IMG/VR virus record: IMGVR_UViG_3300046792_000272
Length of the DNA: 64,000 nucleotides
DNA from: an uncultured virus (IMG/VR IMGVR_UViG_3300046792_000272)
Lineage: Duplodnaviria > Heunggongvirae > Uroviricota > Caudoviricetes
Direction: 5' to 3' (one strand)
The notes under the pieces are model-generated. The model did no database searches and was not told where the DNA came from. It worked only from the letters and a program-made list of their open reading frames with translations. Shown in pieces: positions 38,800 through 45,247 of the stretch. Within the stretch, counting starts at the first letter, position 1, and every line of letters begins with the position of its first letter. The position numbers and the translations under genes are program-made.

Positions 38800-39074
38800 C
38801 GAGCTGCCCTCCTGGTGTACTCCGGGGGAAGGGCGGCCTCGATCTCCGAAGGGAGGGGGTCGAAGTGCTGGCCGCCGAGGACGTGCAGCGGATGGTCCCG
38901 GTCGGCCAGCGTCGACGTGATCGGGAACTCGCGCTGCTGTGGAGGGAGGCGGTCAGAGCGATGCCGGTGGTCGTGGACCAGACAGGCCACCCCCATCGTG
39001 ATCAGCATGACCAGGTCGATGATCGCCGCGAAGATCAGGAAGACGAGGGCGATGTTGAGGACGGTCGCGAGCAT
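38796..39074 (-). CDS. Membrane protein
   Basis: Hydrophobic N-terminus; TGATG overlap. Confidence 0.55.
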   Translation of the reverse strand: MLATVLNIALVFLIFAAIIDLVMLITMGVACLVHDHRHRSDRLPPQQREFPITSTLADRDHPLHVLGGQHFDPLPSEIEAALPPEYTRRAAR

Positions 39075-39292
39075 CAGGCCGCGGCGGGCTCCGTGTCGTC
39101 GATCGGCCAGATGTCGGTGACCTGATAGCCGAGGAAGCTGGCGATCTTGAACGCGTTGCGGGCCGACATCGGCTCGCCGGCCTCGGCTCGACCCCAGACG
39201 CTGGCGGCGACACCGGCGCCGCGGGCGGCGGCCGCCTTCGAGAGCCCACGGTTCCGGCGCTCCTTGGTCAGGTTGACGGGGGGGGTCGTCAT
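39074..39292 (-). CDS. Cro-like XRE HTH protein
   Basis: R..RGLS...AA...GV.......AE.G; ends in DIWP. Confidence 0.8.
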   Translation of the reverse strand: MTTPPVNLTKERRNRGLSKAAAARGAGVAASVWGRAEAGEPMSARNAFKIASFLGYQVTDIWPIDDTEPAAA

Positions 39293-39552
39293 TCGCTTCC
39301 GCCTCCGTTCAGCGGCCAGATCTCAGTGGGCAGCCTGTCGAAGACTCGGGCGATCGCGAACTGGGTCCGAGGGAGGGGAACGGTGCGGCCCTCCTCGGCG
39401 TCGCGGATCGTCTTGCCGCTAACTCCGGCTTGTATTCCGAGCTCGTTGGGGGAGAGGCCCGCGTTGATGCGAAGCTTGACCAAGGTCAGATTCCGCGGCC
39501 GCGGCCGCCGCGAGCGGATCTTCGAAACGCGGGTGACGGTTGGGGTCGTCAC
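39289..39552 (-). CDS. Cro-like XRE HTH protein
   Basis: LRINAGLSPNELGIQAGVSGKTIRDAEEG; ends in EIWP. Confidence 0.8.
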   Translation of the reverse strand: MTTPTVTRVSKIRSRRPRPRNLTLVKLRINAGLSPNELGIQAGVSGKTIRDAEEGRTVPLPRTQFAIARVFDRLPTEIWPLNGGGSE

Positions 39553-39631
39553 TTCCCGAAACGTAACACAGACTCCCGTTAGATGCAAGCAGTACCCGCT
39601 AGCCCCCAAAATGGGTGTTTATGGTTGCCTC
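39553..39631. promoter_or_regulatory. Divergent cI/cro promoter region
   Basis: Minus strand TTGCAT-17bp-TACGTT, 7 nt before GTG 39552; plus strand TATGGT, 6 nt before GTG 39632. Confidence 0.6.
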
Positions 39632-39946
39632 GTGGACGAGCTGGTGAAGCGCATTCGCGCAGCACGGGCCTTCGCGCAGCTCTCGCAGCCAGGTGTAGCC
39701 GAGCGGCTTGAGATGAGCGATAAGACCTACAAGCTGATCGAGCTCGGGCAGCGCAGGCCGAAGCGGTCAGAGCTTTTGGCGATCGCGGAGATCTGCACCG
39801 TCCCGATGTGGTTCCTCGAGGGCGGCTGGGAGGGCTGGCGCTCTACCGAATCAGGCGAAGGTGGCGAGCCCGGCGACCTCCGCCCGCGGAATCTGATCCC
39901 CCCGGAGGATCAAGGTGGCGCTGCAAATGAAGCCGAGCAAGCCTGA
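39632..39946 (+). CDS. Phage repressor (XRE HTH)
   Basis: RIRAAR....LSQ..VAERL.MS..TY..IE.G.R.P; divergent from the cro genes. Confidence 0.8.
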   Translation: MDELVKRIRAARAFAQLSQPGVAERLEMSDKTYKLIELGQRRPKRSELLAIAEICTVPMWFLEGGWEGWRSTESGEGGEPGDLRPRNLIPPEDQGGAANEAEQA

Positions 39947-40284
39947 GCTCGGAGGGCTCGGGTCCATGGTCCTGGAGGCCACACAGGGCCAGGTAGGCGA
40001 TCACCAGCAGCCGCTCTCGTTTGACCCCGCCGAGCACAGCTACCGCATGCCCCCAGCCTTCCCGGTTCTCCCCTTTTTCGGTTGTTCTTCAGTGGACGAC
40101 ACTCGCCTCCCGATGGATGAGCCAACCCCCTGCCGGATTGGAGCGGTGATCACCTGGGCTAGATCACGGGGCGATCATAGGCCGGGTTTTCGAGCCACTG
40201 GCCAGATGCCCTACAGCCAATTTGGTGCGAGGACTTTCGCCTGTCCGCAAACAGCGAGAATCCAGTCGAGATAGGAGCCGAACA

Positions 40285-40509
40285 TTGAGCCATCGCCAGA
40301 TATTCATCGGAGCATTCGCTGTCCTGGGCCTGCTGTTTATCTGGCCGCCGCTAGCAGCCCTGGTGTTGGCGGTGATGATCGTGGTCGCAGTCGTCACCTG
40401 GCTGACCGATAGCGGCCGGCCATGTCCTCGCTGCGGCGAGAAGGTCCCGACCGGCACCCTCGATTGCGAGCATTGCGGCTTCGATTTTCGGACCATCGGC
40501 GCGGATTAG
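40285..40509 (+). CDS. Two-TM membrane protein with C-terminal double Zn ribbon
   Basis: CPRCGE......CEHCGFDF; AGGAG RBS before TTG. Confidence 0.7.
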   Translation: MSHRQIFIGAFAVLGLLFIWPPLAALVLAVMIVVAVVTWLTDSGRPCPRCGEKVPTGTLDCEHCGFDFRTIGAD

Positions 40510-40686
40510 TGGCCGTGAAAAGCCCCAGTCTCGGAAGGGACTCCGGCGCCCGAGGTCTCAGGTGCATGTCGAGGGCCAGGCATGGCAGCCATCAACCTCA
40601 GGTCGAGGGCTAGCTGGATTTGCGGGAAATCTCGTAATTTGTCACCCCGGACCAGGCGGTTCCGGCTAGCATGATTCGCCACAACG

Positions 40687-40720
40687 CAAAGAGGGAGGAC
40701 CCGAAGGCCCTCCCTCTTTG
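40687..40720. terminator. Intrinsic terminator-like hairpin, possibly bidirectional
   Basis: CAAAGAGGGAGG / CCTCCCTCTTTG perfect arms; TTCG loop on the minus strand. Confidence 0.75.
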
Positions 40721-40729
40721 GAAATTCAT

Positions 40730-40805
40730 GGGGCTATAGGTAACGCCTGGTCCGCAATCGCCCTTCAAGCACCGCGGATGTGGGTTCAATTCCCCACTAG
40801 CTCCA
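40730..40805 (+). ncRNA. tRNA-Ala/tmRNA-like small structured element
   Basis: GGGGCTA/TAGCTCC-A acceptor stem with G3.U70; GTGGG-TTCAATTC-CCCAC T-arm; no normal D or anticodon arms. Confidence 0.6.
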
Positions 40806-40904
40806 TCACCGCTGACTACGTGGGTGTATATACCCCAAATCGGCCGTTTGTTGTGTTACGAGACCCGATCTGGACGAATTTTTAGTATCCGCTCACGCAG
40901 GGTA

Positions 40905-41522
40905 CTAGGCACAATCGCTCGGCAGCAGCCGAGCGATGCCCCATGAGTCGGTCGGGAACCCCCCAGCTGAGAGGCCGAGCGTGCCGGCGCCGGCGCCGGT
41001 GATGTCGATCGTCCGGCCCGTCCAGGGGGCAGGCCCTATATCGGTTTGTCGGAGGACCGCCGAGTGGCCGGCGACCCTGATCCGGAAGTAGGCGCCCAGG
41101 GTGTCGTAGTTGTAGAGGGCGATTCCGGGAAGCGCCGAGCTGATGCCCAGCGCCGTGGTCCCAGCCCCCTCGAGCGGGGGGCCGAAAACCGAGACCCTGC
41201 CGGCGAAGACGGGGCCGCCGCGGCAGTAGAGCTCATGCCGTCGCCGCTTGTAATAGGCGTGGCGATCGACCGCCCAGCTGTGCTTGATCGCGGCGCGATG
41301 GCCGGGACTCGCCGCACAGCGAACGTGACGATGGTGGGCCCTGATGGTCGTGGTCGAGGGTGATCCCCTGCGCCATCGCTCCGGCGCCCAGACCTGGGCC
41401 GCGAACACTGCCGCCTGCTTCGCTTTCACCGGCTGCGCACAGCCGACCGCAGGCGTATTGGGGTGCGCTGGCGCCGGCGAAACGATGGCGGCAGCGACTA
41501 TGGGGGCAACGAGTGCCCGGAT
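40905..41522 (-). CDS. Secreted RlpA/DPBB-like (lytic transglycosylase-like) protein, probable ATC start
   Basis: DIGPAPWTGRTIDIT motif; signal-peptide-like extension only from ATC after AGGAGG. Confidence 0.6.
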   Translation of the reverse strand: MRALVAPIVAAAIVSPAPAHPNTPAVGCAQPVKAKQAAVFAAQVWAPERWRRGSPSTTTIRAHHRHVRCAASPGHRAAIKHSWAVDRHAYYKRRRHELYCRGGPVFAGRVSVFGPPLEGAGTTALGISSALPGIALYNYDTLGAYFRIRVAGHSAVLRQTDIGPAPWTGRTIDITGAGAGTLGLSAGGFPTDSWGIARLLPSDCA

Positions 41523-41601
41523 ATGGACCTCCTGCTAGGGGACGGGACACCCGCACGTAGGACCGGAAACTCAGCCGGTCCCGGGGGTCATCAGGTGAAG
41601 C

Positions 41602-41967
41602 TCAGCGGAGGTTGTGCAACGGGACGGTGCGGAGTTCGTCGAGCGCCAGGTCGTGGGCGGCAGCAGCTCGCCGCTTGGCTCGCTCCGGGCGGTCGGCGCT
41701 GACCACATCGATGCGGGTCAGCTGGTCGCCGTCCTCCCTCAGGACGACATAGCGGGTTGGCAACCGCCTCGAATTTGCCCGCCTGCGCCGCCTGTTGCCG
41801 TTATACGACGGAACGGCCGCCCTCTGTGGCCTCCGCCCCGGGTTGCACTTCTCCCAGTGCCTCTGCTTGTGCTCGTCGCAGCAGAATTTCGCCGTTTTCT
41901 TACGGCCGTCAATATCCTCGCCGCACCAGAGGCAGTGACGGGTGGGGGGCAGGATCTCGGCCAGCAT
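41602..41967 (-). CDS. Zn-finger hypothetical protein
   Basis: CLWCG.......AKFCC..HKQ. Confidence 0.65.
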   Translation of the reverse strand: MLAEILPPTRHCLWCGEDIDGRKKTAKFCCDEHKQRHWEKCNPGRRPQRAAVPSYNGNRRRRRANSRRLPTRYVVLREDGDQLTRIDVVSADRPERAKRRAAAAHDLALDELRTVPLHNLR

Positions 41968-41970
41968 GAG

Positions 41971-42132
41971 CTACACCTGCCACCCTTCATCCCGTGCTCC
42001 CTTACGGGCAGCCTCCTCTTCGCGTTGCCGTTCGGCCTCCTGGGTCCTGGTCGGATCGATAAGCCGTCCGCCCTCGGTGATTTCAAGGAGGGCCGGTCCG
42101 GGCTCCCTGACCGTTGGCTCGGGGCTCTCCAT
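41971..42132 (-). CDS. Small hypothetical protein
   Basis: TGATG overlap. Confidence 0.45.
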   Translation of the reverse strand: MESPEPTVREPGPALLEITEGGRLIDPTRTQEAERQREEEAARKGARDEGWQV

Positions 42133-42308
42133 CAGCGATGGATCGCGTCGACGAACTCCGAGATGGCAAGCGGGCCGAAGGCGAGGACGACAGCCACGGC
42201 GCCGGCGACGACGGTCGGCAGGCCCACCTGGGTGGTGAAGCCGAAGACGGCGAGGCCCAGCGCCGGGCCGGTCAGGGACTCGGTGGGGCGCTTCTTGATC
42301 AGGCTCAT
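42132..42308 (-). CDS. Holin-like two-TM protein
   Basis: AAAGGA RBS, two hydrophobic segments, downstream of the lysin. Confidence 0.65.
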   Translation of the reverse strand: MSLIKKRPTESLTGPALGLAVFGFTTQVGLPTVVAGAVAVVLAFGPLAISEFVDAIHR

Positions 42309-42517
42309 GGGTTCCTTTCGATAGGGCCGTTGACTTCGAGCTCGAAGGCGTGATCGGCGGCCGTCTCCCGGCGGGTGAGCCAGCAGGCGGCATAGGTGAG
42401 GTTCAGCCAGAGATGGCCGAGGTAGCCCATGGGGGCGTAGTGGCACTCGTCCTCGTAGAAGCGCCAGGGCAGGAGACCGAACCAGAGCGCGCAGGCGATG
42501 GCTCGAGCACGAATCAT
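42305..42517 (-). CDS. Hypothetical protein
   Basis: Operon context. Confidence 0.45.
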   Translation of the reverse strand: MIRARAIACALWFGLLPWRFYEDECHYAPMGYLGHLWLNLTYAACWLTRRETAADHAFELEVNGPIERNP

Positions 42518-42727
42518 TCAGGCCGCCCGTCTCTTTCTCGGCGCAGCGCGGGCGTGAGCCATACGCCGGAGCATGGCGGCGCGGTCTCGGTGGCCGTTGT
42601 AGACCTTCTCGCCGGCCAACGCCCTCTCTCCGCGAGCAACCATTGCTCCGGCAATGGCAGCGGGGTCGACTCGATAGGTGCCGTCCCGGACTTCCTGCTT
42701 TATCCGCGCGAGATGGTCGCTGAACAT
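42518..42727 (-). CDS. FlgM-like anti-sigma-28 domain protein
   Basis: LARIKQEVRDGTYRVDPAAIAGAMV matches the FlgM C-terminal pattern (K..I..G.Y.VD...IA..M). Confidence 0.75.
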   Translation of the reverse strand: MFSDHLARIKQEVRDGTYRVDPAAIAGAMVARGERALAGEKVYNGHRDRAAMLRRMAHARAAPRKRRAA

Positions 42728-42731
42728 CGCG

Positions 42732-44327
42732 TCAGCGGGGAGCCTTCACCTGGTCGACCGGCCTTTCGTCCGCCACCGTCGGCGCCGCGTTGATCAGCTG
42801 CTTCCGGGATTCGCCGCCGAGTGGCAGCTTCACCTTCGCCCGCGGAGCTCGCCGGGCCCGGCGCGGCAGCTTCTTCACCCGGAGGTCGACCAGGGCCGAG
42901 CGCCCGCCGACCAGCTTGTCGACGTCGACGTCGCCATTGACGCCGGCCACGGTCGCAGTCGAGGTGTACTGCCAGAGCAGGTCCGTCGACCAGGGCGGGC
43001 TCGGGACCACCGCCTTGCTGACGCCGTAGTCGGCGATCCACAGTCGGTACTTGCCGAGCCAGCTGCAGCTCGAGAAGTAGGTCTGGGCGAAGCTCGGGTA
43101 GGTGTAGACGATCGCCTTGACTCCGAGGTTGCGGCGCACCAGGCGCAGGAAGGAGCCGACGTAGCGACAGGTCGCCTGTGGGTTGAGCTCGCTCGTCTCG
43201 ACGTCGAGGACAGGCGGCAGAAAGCCCTTGCCATAGCCGGCGTGTCCGACCACCTGGGTGAACCAGGCCGCCTCCCGGGCGCCTGTGCGGTCGGCCCTGG
43301 GCCGAAGGTAGTGGTAGACGCAGGGCACCAGGCCCGCCTCGGTGACGGCACGCATCTTCTTGCGGCCGAAGCCGAAGTCGACGTAGTCCTGACCCTCGGA
43401 GGCCTTGACGCAGGCGAAACTGGCGCCGGCGTGGCGGACTGCTCCCCAGTCGATTTCCCCATTGTTGGAAGAGACGTCGATGCCCCAGGCCGGGCCCTTC
43501 GGCTTGTGGTGGTGCCGGTGCTTCTTCTTCGGCTTGTGGTGCTTCGGGTGCTTGACCGCCGGCGGCGCCTTGGCCGTGTGGGGAACATGCTTCGGAGTTG
43601 TCTTGATCGGCTTGGAGAGCGGCCGGCGCAGGCGCTTCCAGACCCGCGGGCTGACGATCCCGTTGACCTTCAAGTACTGCGCGTGCTGGAAGTGTTCGAC
43701 CGCGACCTTGGTCGAGTGGCCGAACTCGCCGTCGACCGTGACGCTCTTGTCGCCGTGGCCACGGAGCAGCTTCTGGACCTTGCGGACGTAGACGCCCTGG
43801 CCGGGGCCGCCGGAATGCAGCCGCAGGATCGGGTCGTGGAGGTTCGTCCCAGGATTGGGGCGGTGAAAGACCGCGTTCCATTTGATGTGCCACCACTCGG
43901 TCGGGGCATCGGACCAGCACTTACACCAGCCGTAGCGCTTCCCGTGAAGGTCGATGTAGCCGCGGGTCGCCTGGCTGACGTCGATCGCCAGGCCGAGGCC
44001 GTGATTGGAGGTCCCTGGGATCGCCGCGTTGCCGCAGCTGCCGAGGGCGCACCAGTATTCGCGGTAGTAGTCCTGGCGAGCCAGGGGTCGGTAGGCCGAG
44101 TCGCAGCCGTTGATCGCCAGCCTCTGGCCGGCGCCGAGCGCCATCGAGTTGAAGGCCGCGGCCGCGTGGTTTTCGAGCTGCCCCTCGAGCGGGGTGCAAT
44201 GGACGCCGGTTGCGATCGGCGACATCGCGCTCGCCGGCGCGTCTCCGTTGGTGAAGGCAGTCGCACTCCGGGCGCCGCCGAGTAGGACTAGAAGCGCGCA
44301 GAGCGCAGCGAGGGTGGTCCGCCGCAT
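42732..44327 (-). CDS. Endolysin: signal peptide + M15/VanY-type peptidase + PG_binding_1 + His/Lys linker + GH25 muramidase
   Basis: SAYR..., PGTSNHGLGLAID, EWWH; VDGEFG..T..AV..FQ; GIDVS, KASEG, LDVE, WQYT, DVDVD. Confidence 0.92.
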   Translation of the reverse strand: MRRTTLAALCALLVLLGGARSATAFTNGDAPASAMSPIATGVHCTPLEGQLENHAAAAFNSMALGAGQRLAINGCDSAYRPLARQDYYREYWCALGSCGNAAIPGTSNHGLGLAIDVSQATRGYIDLHGKRYGWCKCWSDAPTEWWHIKWNAVFHRPNPGTNLHDPILRLHSGGPGQGVYVRKVQKLLRGHGDKSVTVDGEFGHSTKVAVEHFQHAQYLKVNGIVSPRVWKRLRRPLSKPIKTTPKHVPHTAKAPPAVKHPKHHKPKKKHRHHHKPKGPAWGIDVSSNNGEIDWGAVRHAGASFACVKASEGQDYVDFGFGRKKMRAVTEAGLVPCVYHYLRPRADRTGAREAAWFTQVVGHAGYGKGFLPPVLDVETSELNPQATCRYVGSFLRLVRRNLGVKAIVYTYPSFAQTYFSSCSWLGKYRLWIADYGVSKAVVPSPPWSTDLLWQYTSTATVAGVNGDVDVDKLVGGRSALVDLRVKKLPRRARRAPRAKVKLPLGGESRKQLINAAPTVADERPVDQVKAPR

Positions 44328-44373
44328 GGCGGGCCTCCTTTCGGTTAGGGACCGGCAGCTCTGCCGGTCGAGA

Positions 44374-44928
44374 TCAGCAGTCGGGGACTAGGCCGCAGGC
44401 TTTGCCGTGGACGTCTTCGGCGACGCCCTTGACGGCTTCCCCTACCTGGCCGACGGCTTTGCCGACCGGGCCTGGTTCAGTCTTTTCGGGTCCTTTGTGG
44501 CCGGTAGGGCCTTCAGGAGCGGGTTCCGCCGGAGTCGACGGAGTCGGTTCAGGGCCCGCGGGCCCCGCCGGGGTATGCGGCGTGTGCTTGCCATGCCCGC
44601 TGCCATGGTGCCCGCCCTTCGGCGGGCTCGGTTGCTGGCCTCCCTGGTGGGAAGGCTGGAGGGCATCACCCCCCTTTAGGTGCGCCGAGAGCTTCGGCGC
44701 ATCGGCGACCAGGCGCCGGCAGCTGGGAGTTCGCAGGCAGGTGCGGAGGACGTCGATCGGCCGTACGTGCTCGAGCACGACGATGCGGTGCACGATCGAG
44801 CGGGTTTCCCGCTTGACCTCGGCGGAGATGCCAAGGAAGATCAGAAGCGCACCGAGTACGATCGCGCTGACCCGGAAGAGGGTGCGACCAATTCTGGTCT
44901 CGACAAGCCAGCGACCGAAGCTCTTCAC
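44374..44928 (-). CDS. Lysis-region membrane protein with Pro/Gly/His-rich C-terminus
   Basis: GTGA overlap; C-terminal half homologous to 1319..2017. Confidence 0.7.
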   Translation of the reverse strand: MKSFGRWLVETRIGRTLFRVSAIVLGALLIFLGISAEVKRETRSIVHRIVVLEHVRPIDVLRTCLRTPSCRRLVADAPKLSAHLKGGDALQPSHQGGQQPSPPKGGHHGSGHGKHTPHTPAGPAGPEPTPSTPAEPAPEGPTGHKGPEKTEPGPVGKAVGQVGEAVKGVAEDVHGKACGLVPDC

Positions 44929-45209
44929 CCCCGAGTCACCACCAACATGATGATCGTGCCGATCATTCCGGCCACGACCGTGACCATCAAAGTCGCGACG
45001 AGGCGGTAGAGCCCCCCTATACGTTCCTCGATCTTCGTCTCGATCGCCCCCATCCGCCGCTCGAGGTTCGTGTTCAGGTTTTCGGTCTTCTCGTAGAGCT
45101 CGCCGATCTGCCGGCCATGTTCTTGGTTGGTTCGGCTCAACCCGTTGTTGCCATAGGGCCCCCAGAGGCTCGTCGCGATCTGGGTGACGCGGGTCTCGAG
45201 ATCTTCCAC
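44925..45209 (-). CDS. Coiled-coil plus C-terminal TM protein (holin/XhlA-like)
   Basis: AGGAG RBS; architecture; position. Confidence 0.6.
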   Translation of the reverse strand: MEDLETRVTQIATSLWGPYGNNGLSRTNQEHGRQIGELYEKTENLNTNLERRMGAIETKIEERIGGLYRLVATLMVTVVAGMIGTIIMLVVTRG

Positions 45210-45247
45210 CAGGTGCTGGTCTCCTCTCGCGGAATCGGGGGGTCAGG

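Larger units (their letters stand above)
1271..44327 (-). mobile_element. One genome-length (43,057 bp) temperate phage unit, lysin to lysin: contractile-tail morphogenesis, packaging, integrase, replication, immunity and lysis
   Basis: Complete ordered gene set between two colinear endolysin copies. True att boundaries not determined. Confidence 0.8.

Noticed and set aside
39915..40274. ORF downstream of the repressor
   Set aside because: No motifs and weak codon bias; cannot be supported.
40762..40770. CTTCAAG read as a Sec/opal anticodon loop
   Set aside because: The flanks do not form an anticodon stem and there is no long variable arm.
41535..41600. CTGATGA hammerhead core or c-di-AMP riboswitch upstream of the hydrolase
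   Set aside because: No correctly placed GAAA or stems, and no recognisable ydaO consensus.
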